DNA from: a virus | Reading direction: 5' to 3' (one strand) | Virus record (IMG/VR): IMGVR_UViG_3300017971_000007 | Length of the DNA: 64,000 nucleotides | Shown: piece after piece, positions 9,939 through 19,801 of the stretch | Position numbering within the stretch: position 1 is the first letter of the stretch | Layout: each line of letters starts with the position of its first letter | Notes under the pieces: model-generated | The model's database searches: none | Told to the model about the DNA's origin: nothing | The model's input: only the letters and a program-made list of their open reading frames with translations | Program-made: the position numbers and the translations under genes

Positions 9939-11552
9939 ATGACTTACATCAGAGAAGTGAATCCGTCTTCTGCTTTCGAATTTGGACTTAAAGCTCTAGC
10001 TCTCCAGCTTTATTATATCGAGGGTTTTGGCAGTCAGACCGAGGATGTTGATATCTACGGCGTGGGGGATTCTGTAACAGACCCCGACGGCGCAAACAAG
10101 CAGACATTAACTGATGCCGCCGGGAAATTTGTTGCTGCTGATGTGGGTAGGTCTATAACTGTTTCTGGTATGACTAACCCGAATAACAACAACACCTTCA
10201 CTATCACTGATTATGTCTCTGGTACCCAAATCAAGTACGTGAACGCGGCAGGTGGGGCAGAAACTAGTGCATTTGATTGGGTCATCAGTATCTCTGACGC
10301 CAGTTATTTTTCAACAGAGAAGAACGGTTCTAATGGGGAGATAAATCTTACAGGCTCTGACTTCAATTTTAAGGACGCAACTGCTAGCCTGTTCGTTGTC
10401 GGGGATGAAGGGAAGTGGTTGCTCCTTTGTGATAATGCCACGAGTTCCGGGACAGGGGATTCAGTTTCTGCGCCAGTGGCAGGGGAGCAAACTCTAACAG
10501 ATGCTGCCGGTCTTTTTGTCGCATCAGACGATGGACGTCTGATTGCCATTAGCGGTATGACGAATCCGAGAAACAATGGTGTCTTCCTCGTCACGTATAT
10601 CAGTGCCACGCAAGTCAAGTACGTCAATCCTACAGGCGGGGCTGAGACGGCAGACTTTTCGTGGTCTATAAGCTCTAGAATAAGTGGAATTTATAAAATT
10701 AGCACCTACGTAGATGCAACTACTGTTACTATCGATTTAAGGAGTGGGGCGACTGAATATCCGACACAAAGAGTCTCTCCCGATGACGATATCGTCTGGC
10801 ATGTTTTGGCTGAGGATTATCAACTGCCTAATAGAGACACTCAATGGTTCCGACTGACAACCCCGCATGCCTACGGATGGGCCGTAGAGATCCAAAGAAA
10901 TACGGGCTCGACATACGTGGGGGCGACAGCCAGGGTGGCTGTAGATGGAAGCTTTGCCGGTTCCAAAATCATAGGCCCGGTTTACTTCGGCGCGAATAGT
11001 ACGGATGAAGTCTGGTTTTATGCCAGCATCTCTCCCGAGAAAATAATCTTTCCGTTCCACAACGTCACGGATTCCAATTGGGGTGGTTTCATCGTGTCTC
11101 ATCTTGAGGCCCTAGAAAGCTCGGAAAAGGCTAACGAGAGCAAAATAGCTCTCATGGGCGACGCCAATTCTGACTACAACCAGTGGGGCAATAACTGGAC
11201 GTTTGGGTGGAGCATCGATGACGTAAATGGCGGCTACACCTGGAATTACGGTCAATCCATGCGATGCTCCGCATGCGATTTGTCTTACCGAAATTCTACC
11301 GAGAGCCTTCGCAGGCAAAGCGGGCGCGGAATGAACAAGAGAACCGGAAAATATGACTTAGTCAGGGCGCTATTCATTCAAGACCGCAACAATGACAGCG
11401 GATATTATGAAAGACTTGGTGCCTTGCTTGGTTTTTATGTAAGTCCAGCTATAGCAGAAAAAACAGCAATTGATAATGTGTGGACTAAAAATAAATTCCA
11501 TATTACTAGCGGCCTTGTAATGGATTGGCCTGGATACACTCCGCAGCACTAA
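9939..11552 (+). CDS. tail accessory/fibre-associated protein, paralog B2, with two extra inserted repeats
   Basis: Paralog of 7322..8623 with two ~75-aa G.GDSV....QTLTDAAG.FVA.D.GR.I..SGMTNP.NN..F repeats. Confidence 0.6.
   Translation: MTYIREVNPSSAFEFGLKALALQLYYIEGFGSQTEDVDIYGVGDSVTDPDGANKQTLTDAAGKFVAADVGRSITVSGMTNPNNNNTFTITDYVSGTQIKYVNAAGGAETSAFDWVISISDASYFSTEKNGSNGEINLTGSDFNFKDATASLFVVGDEGKWLLLCDNATSSGTGDSVSAPVAGEQTLTDAAGLFVASDDGRLIAISGMTNPRNNGVFLVTYISATQVKYVNPTGGAETADFSWSISSRISGIYKISTYVDATTVTIDLRSGATEYPTQRVSPDDDIVWHVLAEDYQLPNRDTQWFRLTTPHAYGWAVEIQRNTGSTYVGATARVAVDGSFAGSKIIGPVYFGANSTDEVWFYASISPEKIIFPFHNVTDSNWGGFIVSHLEALESSEKANESKIALMGDANSDYNQWGNNWTFGWSIDDVNGGYTWNYGQSMRCSACDLSYRNSTESLRRQSGRGMNKRTGKYDLVRALFIQDRNNDSGYYERLGALLGFYVSPAIAEKTAIDNVWTKNKFHITSGLVMDWPGYTPQH
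10059..10673 (+). repeat. two copies of a ~75-aa domain repeat (about 10059-10289 and 10449-10673)
   Basis: GVGDSVTDPDGANKQTLTDAAGKFVAADVGRSITVSGMTNPNNNNTF...GGAETSAFDWVIS vs GTGDSVSAPVAGEQTLTDAAGLFVASDDGRLIAISGMTNPRNNGVF...GGAETADFSWSIS. Confidence 0.9.
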
Positions 11553-11564
11553 AAGGATTAAAAG

Positions 11565-14324
11565 ATGGCAGTTCCAACTGTAACATCAGCAACGGTTGAA
11601 GGCGTTAAAGAGAAGGTCTACACTCTCGCAGATTTACCTGTGACCGTGAATTTAAATGGTGCGGCTACAGAATCTCCTACTGGATACGAATGGTCTATTC
11701 GTAATAATAATCCTGATTCTACAAACGAAGGCGGGGTTCCAGAAGCAGCAAGTGGTTTGCTGTCAGGAGTACACGGGGATTTTACCAATGGCTTGTCTAC
11801 GACTCTGGCATCCTCTATTACGCTGAGCCAACCAGGAGCTTATAAATTCTCTCTGCGTGCGCAAAACGGGGAAGGTTGGAGTGACCCCACGTATTATGGT
11901 GATAGGGGAGATTGTGAATGCATCGTACGGATAAAGAATGAGTACGGTAGTGAGAGAGTCGCACCAAATGAATTTCGTTATGAGAACACTCTCAACGCGC
12001 TTCTTGACACATTAGAAGAGAATGCCATTGGATCCTCATCTCCCATATTCATCCCTTCTCTTTGGATAAAACCAGAAACACCCCATGCTGAGGATGACGA
12101 ATTTGAATCTGAAACATTGAGTGGATGGACTGAAAGCTTTACTGCTTCAGCATCTGCGATAGACCCTTATGCTAAATTTGCATCTGGAGACCCTCGTAGA
12201 GTAGTTCACACAAAGCCATATAGAAGTTGGTATTTAATACAGCCGCCAGCGGATTCTACTCCATATTTTTTGCACAAGGCTGTGACAATACCAACAAATG
12301 CGTTTTTTTGGTTTAGGGTATCTGCTTTTGATCGTACTGCCGCAACATCCAATAACGATGCGTCATTTAATTTTTCTATCTGGGCATCCTCTGGCGGAGT
12401 TCCAGATGAAAATGAAAGAATTGTATTATACGCTAATGAGGTTGATGGCTCTGATTTCAGGTTTCAATTTGATATTGTAAATGGAGGGGTCCCTAATAAT
12501 ATAACGAATGGTTCCGACAGACATCAAAAAGGACAAACATTTGAATTTTTCGGCATTCAAAAGTTTGGTAATACTTTTCATGCCTGGGCATTAACAAACT
12601 CTGGACAGAGATTATACATAGGAAGCGGAAATTACACTGGTGGCGCTACTTTAGATAGAATAGGATTTAGATTTACTAACACAGATTCATCAAGTGACCC
12701 CGGAAATGCTATCATGGGTGTTGATTTCTTCCGTATGGTAGAATCTTCTACCTATTTTCCAGGATACGGCGTTCTAGACATCCCCGGTGCTAATTATTCC
12801 AAACCTGAAAACATCCCCATCCTTTCTTATAATTCGGCCTCCGTTGTCGATATTCAATCTGCGCCTGGAGCCTCATCCGTCCTTCGTGCCGTGCTTAATG
12901 ATGGTTTACGTCGTACGGCTGTTTCCCCTCTGACAGTTGATTTGACGACTTCTGGGCGTGGTGGATTGGATACAGGTTCTGTTGCAGCGAATAAACTATA
13001 CCACATTTACTTAATTCCAGATGCAGCCGGTTCAGGGCTAAGTGCTGTAGCATCACTATCTGGTGTAATAAGCGGAGGACCTACAGGTTTTACCGCCTGG
13101 AGATACTTAGGATTTGTAGCGACTGACGGGTCTACTTTCATTTACCGCTTTCAGCAAACCGGAAGTTTATTCACGTTTACTGATATAGAGGGTATAGCAG
13201 TAAGAGCTGGTAGCGCTGTCGGACCGGATGTTTCAGAGATCACTACTGACATGTCTGATTATTTTCCGGAGACAGGAGCGATGGCAATCTTCCGTGTGCA
13301 TATGAACGGAAGAACGATGAGTAGTACTGAATATACTCTTTCTATTAGAAGTACTACCGGCAATGATGGATTTAAACCCTATGCAAATGACGGAGATGTT
13401 TTTTCGATTGCTTCTCCGCCAATTCCTATTATTACACAGCAAACACTATACAGTATCTTAGAACGTGGTTCCGGCTCATCCAATTTAGATAGCTATTCGC
13501 TACGTCTTAAAGGAATAGTTGATGGCGCGTTATCCTCCTCCGAGGCCCAACTCCAAGCCAAATCCCCTCTTACGACAAAGGGGGATATCTACACATTCGA
13601 TACAGAAGAGACCAGATTGTCTATAGGTTCCGACAATCAAATTTTAACCGCAGACTCATCCGTTCCTGAAGGCGTAAAATGGGCAGATAAGTATTTTTAC
13701 AGCTTTGAGGATAATTTCGATGATTCGAGCCTTAATGCAATATGGACACCTACAGCTCCAGGCAGCTCTTCTGTCGTTGAAGGCTCAGATGGAGTTGTGC
13801 TAACGGCCGACGGCGATGATGACCCACAAATAGCAATGTCCTTACCGGCGGGGATAACAAATAGAAATTGGATTGCTCAAGTACACCTTACTGTGAGTTG
13901 GACGGGTAGCCCTGGTAATGCTGGAGTTCACTTCTTACGCATAAATGGTTATGGAGGCGGTGTCGCTAAATTTATGCGCTTTGGCGTGCGCTATTTTCTA
14001 GTCGACGGCCATCACCTTCGCGTCAGTGACGACGGTGCGAATGCTGATTCCGCGTTCTCAGTGGCCTCTGCCGTATGGCTCAGAATTCGAAAGCTTGGGG
14101 ATGAAGTCCGTACTGATTACTACGAAGGCGCAGCCACGGTTGATGTAGATGGCGAAGGCCGCTGGATTGAAAACGACTCGTCAAAAGCCTGGTATGTGGT
14201 ACCTAAATCAGGTACCTATGAATACCCAGTGTCGTACACAGAGTTGGTATTACAGGCAACCCAGTCAACAGATAATCCAGGGGCTATAGCCATATTCAGA
14301 AAATTTAAGCTGCATGTGTTCTAA
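11565..14324 (+). CDS. mosaic tail fibre / receptor-binding protein (PKD-like N-terminus, two lectin-like domains)
   Basis: Fibre-type motifs GGLDTGSVAANKLYHIYLI and SPLTTKGDIYTF...RLSIGSDNQILTADSS..GVKWA; lectin-like starts DDEFESETLSGW and FEDNFDDSSLNAIW. Confidence 0.7.
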   Translation: MAVPTVTSATVEGVKEKVYTLADLPVTVNLNGAATESPTGYEWSIRNNNPDSTNEGGVPEAASGLLSGVHGDFTNGLSTTLASSITLSQPGAYKFSLRAQNGEGWSDPTYYGDRGDCECIVRIKNEYGSERVAPNEFRYENTLNALLDTLEENAIGSSSPIFIPSLWIKPETPHAEDDEFESETLSGWTESFTASASAIDPYAKFASGDPRRVVHTKPYRSWYLIQPPADSTPYFLHKAVTIPTNAFFWFRVSAFDRTAATSNNDASFNFSIWASSGGVPDENERIVLYANEVDGSDFRFQFDIVNGGVPNNITNGSDRHQKGQTFEFFGIQKFGNTFHAWALTNSGQRLYIGSGNYTGGATLDRIGFRFTNTDSSSDPGNAIMGVDFFRMVESSTYFPGYGVLDIPGANYSKPENIPILSYNSASVVDIQSAPGASSVLRAVLNDGLRRTAVSPLTVDLTTSGRGGLDTGSVAANKLYHIYLIPDAAGSGLSAVASLSGVISGGPTGFTAWRYLGFVATDGSTFIYRFQQTGSLFTFTDIEGIAVRAGSAVGPDVSEITTDMSDYFPETGAMAIFRVHMNGRTMSSTEYTLSIRSTTGNDGFKPYANDGDVFSIASPPIPIITQQTLYSILERGSGSSNLDSYSLRLKGIVDGALSSSEAQLQAKSPLTTKGDIYTFDTEETRLSIGSDNQILTADSSVPEGVKWADKYFYSFEDNFDDSSLNAIWTPTAPGSSSVVEGSDGVVLTADGDDDPQIAMSLPAGITNRNWIAQVHLTVSWTGSPGNAGVHFLRINGYGGGVAKFMRFGVRYFLVDGHHLRVSDDGANADSAFSVASAVWLRIRKLGDEVRTDYYEGAATVDVDGEGRWIENDSSKAWYVVPKSGTYEYPVSYTELVLQATQSTDNPGAIAIFRKFKLHVF

Positions 14325-14333
14325 GAGGCTGTT

Positions 14334-16208
14334 ATGGGTTTCGGTACAACATTTGGTTCAACATTAGGCGCTGATGGAGGCGCGGCAGAAGGTTTTACGC
14401 CCGAAGAAGCAACACCTCATATCCCAACATTGACATCGGTAATCGGGCTGAACATGTCGGCCGGAGCTCCAGTCCATGAGGACCTCGGCTGGCAACGCCT
14501 TCTGAGTACACCGCTTAATGTAGCCGATACTCTCGAATCGGACGTAGATGAGCGAAGTTTCGCAGACGCCTCCTGGCAGCGGTTGTTATCCACCCCCTTA
14601 AATGTTGCCGACACATTGGAGTCTGATGTAGATGAGCGGTCCTTTAAGGACGCTTCTTGGCAACGGCTTCTTTCGACTTCCCTGAATGTAGCCGACACAC
14701 TGGAATCTGATGAAGAACCATCGCGACCATTTATAGATGGTCTGTCCCCGTGTACCATAGGTTCGGAATTCAGAAACAGCGCTCTGGCTGCAGCAAAAAT
14801 AAATTCCTCAGATCTTCTTGAGGTCATTACTCCTGCCCCTGGCGGTTCTGGGAGTGCGGGAGACACTGTCATTATCCCGTGCGGGGACAGGGTCCCGGAA
14901 TGGTATGGAACGAATCCAGAAATTGGGCAATCCCAGCCGGCTAATACTCCTGCTGGTTTGGATGACTTAAAAACTATAATTACCGTGAATAGTGCCGTGA
15001 TATACAAGAATGGGTCGGCGTTGGGAGGATGGACGGTAGATAAACCAGCAAACAATATCAAGGGATTTAATTACGGACTGACAGGTCCTGGAGGAATACT
15101 TCCTCTCGGTTTGGTCACTATCGGCGTCTACTTAGAGGGAGTCAGAAGCGACTATTTCGAATACTCGTTTACGTCCTTGGAGGGGGATCCCCCGTATATA
15201 ACAAATCAAGACCCGGCACCGTCAGATACCGGAGTTCCTAGAGATAAGGTCTTGTATCTGGAAGTCGTAGATGACGTATCTGGAGTAGACCTCAGTCAAA
15301 CCGATTTATACGTAGAGGGAAATCTGGCTTTTGTCGGAGCGACAAGTACCTTCGTTGCTCCATATAATGGGGCCTCGTCTGCAGTAGCTTCTATAGCTAA
15401 GGGATACAGCTTTTACGTACACAAGACGTCGGATTGGGAATCATACAAAGAAATATCTGTAGGAGCGGAGTCTAAGGACGGAAGCGGTAATATCCTGGAA
15501 TTGGCTGCGTCGACCTACTATTTCAGGATAGAAGATTACGAGGCCCCTACATTCCACAACGAATCTCCGACTGGTGTCGGTGCTAGCAAAACAACATCTA
15601 TATTCGTTGAAATCAGGGAGACATCCGGAATAGGAGTCAATACCGCAGAAATTAACGCCAATGTTAGTGGTATCTCTGCTGTCATAGGCGGCGTGTTTCA
15701 GGCTGGTTTTTCTGGATCCATCGTCCCGAACGCGTTCAACGGGTACAATCTTACGATAGACAAGGATACTGATTACGCCTCATTCGCGAGTATCCCTGTG
15801 TCAATATCAGCTAAGGACCTGAGCGGAAATTTGGGGTCCATAAACTGGACTTTCCAGGTCGAGGACTATCTAGGCCCCCTTATTCTGCCAATAAATCCGA
15901 TAAATGGGCAGATTCAAGTAGCTATAACAGAGAATATATCCGTGAATTTAAACGATGAAGATTCTATAGATATGGCTACTGTTGTGATAGAAGTGGATAA
16001 AACAGGGACAGGGACATCATTTGAGGTGGCGTTTACAGGAGGCTCCTTTACACCGGATTTTGACGGCCCGAGCTCTATGATTGCTCCAGACGGCACCCCA
16101 GACGATGTCTATATCATCATAGATCCGGTGAACCTATTGCCTCCGAATACTCTCATCTATGTTAGGATTACGGCAAGAGACCCAACAGGGAATAACGAGC
16201 GCTTGTAA
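14334..16208 (+). CDS. virion structural protein with 28-aa tandem repeats and several Ig-like domains
   Basis: Repeated Ig-type starts (DPPYITNQDPAP, EAPTFHNESP, LGPLILPINP) and A.D..GN-type ends (SKDGSGN, AKDLSGN, ARDPTGN). Confidence 0.7.
   Translation: MGFGTTFGSTLGADGGAAEGFTPEEATPHIPTLTSVIGLNMSAGAPVHEDLGWQRLLSTPLNVADTLESDVDERSFADASWQRLLSTPLNVADTLESDVDERSFKDASWQRLLSTSLNVADTLESDEEPSRPFIDGLSPCTIGSEFRNSALAAAKINSSDLLEVITPAPGGSGSAGDTVIIPCGDRVPEWYGTNPEIGQSQPANTPAGLDDLKTIITVNSAVIYKNGSALGGWTVDKPANNIKGFNYGLTGPGGILPLGLVTIGVYLEGVRSDYFEYSFTSLEGDPPYITNQDPAPSDTGVPRDKVLYLEVVDDVSGVDLSQTDLYVEGNLAFVGATSTFVAPYNGASSAVASIAKGYSFYVHKTSDWESYKEISVGAESKDGSGNILELAASTYYFRIEDYEAPTFHNESPTGVGASKTTSIFVEIRETSGIGVNTAEINANVSGISAVIGGVFQAGFSGSIVPNAFNGYNLTIDKDTDYASFASIPVSISAKDLSGNLGSINWTFQVEDYLGPLILPINPINGQIQVAITENISVNLNDEDSIDMATVVIEVDKTGTGTSFEVAFTGGSFTPDFDGPSSMIAPDGTPDDVYIIIDPVNLLPPNTLIYVRITARDPTGNNERL
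14490..14711 (+). repeat. 84-nt (28-aa) coding tandem repeat, about 2.6 copies
   Basis: Units start at 14490, 14574 and 14658: WQRLLSTPLNVADTLESDVDERSF(A/K)DAS. Confidence 0.95.
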
Positions 16209-19200
16209 TGCCAGTAACCTATAGTTTCACTACCGAATCAATAACCGTTCCAACTTCCGACGATTTTCCATGTTTCGACATCACAGAAGGAGGAATGCCT
16301 TATTTCAGTCTCTATTCTGGGGTTGGGGTAAGCCGGGGGGCTCCATGGACGGATGTGGATGGCGACGACTTCGTCATGACCAGCGATGATAGTATAGAAA
16401 CGATAGTAACTATAAGCCTGCCCATAGGACAGAAGTTCACTCTAGAGACTCAATTTAAACCGACCGACCTTCCGCATGATCTAAGCGCTCTCGATAAGGG
16501 AAGGTTCTTTATCGCTGTTTTTGATGCCCAAGATAATGCCGGCGGGGTTCTCCTATCCAAGACCGGATTGGCTATAGTTTCCTCATACGGAAACACCGTC
16601 ATGCCGATATTCGACAGCAATGGAATTGTGGAAGAGGGAGACGATTACTATACCCTAAGAATGGTGGTGGACGGGACCAGCAACGTAATGGATTTATACA
16701 TTACGAAGACCGCGGAGTTGGATGAGACTGGACATCAACTCAGATACACGACAGCAGCCCCAATTACCCCTTCCGGGACCCCAGACCAAGTTCGGATTGA
16801 AGTACTAGGTCATCCGAGCAAGATAACGAAGGTAGCGTTTACTACCATGAGAGTGAACTGCGTTGACCTTCTGATTCCAAATAAACGTCCCATCGCGGAT
16901 ACCGGGCAGGACCAGACCGCGTCTCTCGGTTCAATTGTTGGATTGGACGGCACAAGAAGTTACGACCCTGAGGGGGAGGAACTGACCTACAAATGGTTTC
17001 TGTTTGCAGCGCCTAGCGGCTCGTCATACAGACAAGATGGAACCGGGGGATTCAGTCAAGATGACGGTGATTCTGACGGATATACGACTATATTCGAGGA
17101 GACAGGGAATCCATGGAGCGTAGAGAACTCCCCGAGTCTCCAGCCAGGTGACCTTCTAATAGTCGGCGGAAATCAATTCGAAGTAGCTGCTACAAATTGG
17201 ACATATAACTCATCAACCCAATTATATGAAAGAGATGTTGGGTTTGATTCAAATAAGCTGATTCTGGTTAAGGATATTTTGCCTGATGACTTGTCGAGTT
17301 CGGCATGGACGTTGTATCACCAGACAACTTTCTTCGATGATAGAACGGACCCACAACCAGGATTCGTTCCAGACATCTACGGGATGTACGGGATTCAACT
17401 CATCGTAAATGACGGTCAACTGGATAGTCTTCCCGACCAGGGTCTAGTGAATGTCGCAGAAACGAACATCGCTTTCGGATATATCCCTGACGTTAATTTC
17501 ATATGGGATTATCTGTCTGACGCCTGGGACATGTATTATGACAGAGGTCCCATAACAACTATATGGTCATCCATAGCTCAGATTGCATCGAACATCCTTT
17601 TAACAGCCTGGCAACTGGATTACGCCAAAAGTCTTGTTGATATCCAAAGACGTTTTCAAAGAAGATGGCTGAACTACGGGACGTTTCTGGAAGAGCCTTC
17701 CCTTTACAAGGATGACGTGGACCTGAAGCTGGTAAGAGGCAGAATTATTAGTGGAGAACTTAGCACCTCCATAGTATTCACTGAACCCGTGGAATTGATT
17801 CTAGTAAGGGATGGGATGACTACATTCACTGTATCTCTATCCGGGACAATGCACGTGTCAGAGATTGTGGATGCCATTAACTCCGCCTTAGGTGAATCAT
17901 TAGCCACTACCAAGACCGCCTCATACGATGAATTTGTTGTGGTAGACATGCCTGTAACGGTATTTATCTATCTGGAATATAGCAAATTGCTGGTCGTGGA
18001 TAAGAGCGGTTCGGCGAATTCATACCTCGGATTTAGTACTGAAGAAGACACAGAGAATCGATTCCTGGGATGGAATGGGGAGATAGGCTCGTCCGTTAAA
18101 GCTTTGGACCTAGATGGATTTCCTGCGCTGATTTTTGATTTCACTGAAGAAGACATTGAGAGGCAGGACCTTCTAATTTTTGAGGACAAGGGATTCGAGA
18201 TTCAGAAAGTTGCGGGAGCGACAGAGCTAACTACGCTTCAGGACCTATCCCTTAGCTACAATCCATCTCATGACAGGTCTGAAACATGGGAAATAAGCTC
18301 GTTCATCCGTTCAAAGACAACGAACTTCACTAATGAGCTAGTTAAATTCGGGGATATCGTAACGATAGAAGCGAGGAAGACTGGGGAATTAACCTGGACA
18401 GAATTAACCTGTCTGGTCACAGGTGCTAGAGGAAACACTCTGGGATTTAATCCACGGCCGTTGTATGAACTGGCCGGTGAGGATGATATCTCCGACTATG
18501 AGGTGTCGTTGATTGGAGTCCGTAGGACAAAATCAATCCCAGTGGATGACCTAGTTATCAGCATTCCCAGGCTCCAGGAAATAATACTAGACCCTCCATC
18601 ATTCCTCTCTGAAAACAGAGATTATAGAATCTACAAAGAAGATGACATAAACGGGATACATTTCGAGAACGTCTTTAGCTTCGACTCCCCTCCTCCGGAT
18701 TATCTGTGGGCGGAGACTACATATTTAGACAATAGGCCTATGATAGAGACTAATTTTGGGAAAGCCGTAGATTTCACAGTAGAGAATCTGGATACGAGAA
18801 CAGATGATTTAGATTATCTGTCCGCGGTACAAGGCCTATGGTATGCATTCTTTAACGGCCCCAGCTTGTGGAGAGTCAGAGTAGGAATCCAAATTCTACT
18901 AGGACTTCCGTTTGCAGAAGTTGACGGAATAGTCACTGATATAAATGAGACATACAACGCCGCGACCATAAGAATTCTCATCCAAGATAAATCAGATTCC
19001 TCTGTCATCCGCTCGTACTTCATACCCCGGAGCGTGAATATGGAGGAGGATGGGGAATCCATGATAGAGGTGAATCCTTCTACAGGCGTTGAGTATGTTG
19101 TCGGGGATGAGGTAGAGCAATTTTCCCCCTTATCAAAAGGTGTGGAGGTCGCTGATTGGATAAAAAGCGAGGATTGGTGGTCTAGATATCATGGGCAGGG

Positions 19201-19792
19201 AGTCCTTCGTGAGCTAGATAAGTTCTTTCATCATCTGGCTATTGCAGATGTCGACGTGTTCAATATCGCCAATCTGGTGTTCGCTATAGATTTTCTGAAA
19301 ACCATAAAACCTCACTACACGTTCCCGTTTTGGGTAATATTCAAAAGACTCTCCCCAGATACGATAAGTACGACAGATTATTTGCAGATGCACGGAACAA
19401 AGTATCTGTTCGACCATCCTGCGTGCGCCAAACAGATAACCGACCAGGGAGTTGGGGGAGCTTACCGGTTCGATGATGTCGATGGAGTTGGGGTCGTTAA
19501 CTGGGCTTATGACGGTGACCCATTGGGCGGGAGTACCAAGCCGATGTTTCTCTATGACAGGAAGCGGTTATGCCCTGACGAGGAAATCCATGTCATCATG
19601 ATTGGATATTTCTCTGGAGGAATTTTCCCGTTTGATTGGATTTGGGCGTTCGATGATGGAGGCGGGGAGGATATAATCCCGCTATCCGGCCCGGTGGCAA
19701 CTTATCCTCCTCCATACGGTCCGGTTGTCGGAGCAATCAAATTTGATACATCGTATGGTGCAGGCTGGTATACTCGTGGTAAGAAATTGTAG
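16208..19792 (+). CDS. baseplate wedge protein (P2 gpI / T4 gp7-like C-terminus) with PKD and other accessory domains
   Basis: PKD signature PIADTGQDQT...LDGTRSYDPEGEELTYKW ... YGIQLIVNDG; C-terminal YLSAVQGLWYAFFNGPS...IQILLGLP and IKPHYT resemble gpI-type wedge proteins. Confidence 0.6.
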   Translation: MPVTYSFTTESITVPTSDDFPCFDITEGGMPYFSLYSGVGVSRGAPWTDVDGDDFVMTSDDSIETIVTISLPIGQKFTLETQFKPTDLPHDLSALDKGRFFIAVFDAQDNAGGVLLSKTGLAIVSSYGNTVMPIFDSNGIVEEGDDYYTLRMVVDGTSNVMDLYITKTAELDETGHQLRYTTAAPITPSGTPDQVRIEVLGHPSKITKVAFTTMRVNCVDLLIPNKRPIADTGQDQTASLGSIVGLDGTRSYDPEGEELTYKWFLFAAPSGSSYRQDGTGGFSQDDGDSDGYTTIFEETGNPWSVENSPSLQPGDLLIVGGNQFEVAATNWTYNSSTQLYERDVGFDSNKLILVKDILPDDLSSSAWTLYHQTTFFDDRTDPQPGFVPDIYGMYGIQLIVNDGQLDSLPDQGLVNVAETNIAFGYIPDVNFIWDYLSDAWDMYYDRGPITTIWSSIAQIASNILLTAWQLDYAKSLVDIQRRFQRRWLNYGTFLEEPSLYKDDVDLKLVRGRIISGELSTSIVFTEPVELILVRDGMTTFTVSLSGTMHVSEIVDAINSALGESLATTKTASYDEFVVVDMPVTVFIYLEYSKLLVVDKSGSANSYLGFSTEEDTENRFLGWNGEIGSSVKALDLDGFPALIFDFTEEDIERQDLLIFEDKGFEIQKVAGATELTTLQDLSLSYNPSHDRSETWEISSFIRSKTTNFTNELVKFGDIVTIEARKTGELTWTELTCLVTGARGNTLGFNPRPLYELAGEDDISDYEVSLIGVRRTKSIPVDDLVISIPRLQEIILDPPSFLSENRDYRIYKEDDINGIHFENVFSFDSPPPDYLWAETTYLDNRPMIETNFGKAVDFTVENLDTRTDDLDYLSAVQGLWYAFFNGPSLWRVRVGIQILLGLPFAEVDGIVTDINETYNAATIRILIQDKSDSSVIRSYFIPRSVNMEEDGESMIEVNPSTGVEYVVGDEVEQFSPLSKGVEVADWIKSEDWWSRYHGQGVLRELDKFFHHLAIADVDVFNIANLVFAIDFLKTIKPHYTFPFWVIFKRLSPDTISTTDYLQMHGTKYLFDHPACAKQITDQGVGGAYRFDDVDGVGVVNWAYDGDPLGGSTKPMFLYDRKRLCPDEEIHVIMIGYFSGGIFPFDWIWAFDDGGGEDIIPLSGPVATYPPPYGPVVGAIKFDTSYGAGWYTRGKKL

Positions 19793-19801
19793 AGGTACTC
19801 G

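Noticed and set aside
14490-14711. CRISPR array or DGR template/variable repeat
   Set aside because: Contiguous coding repeats without spacers; differences are synonymous rather than adenine-specific; no reverse transcriptase in the window.
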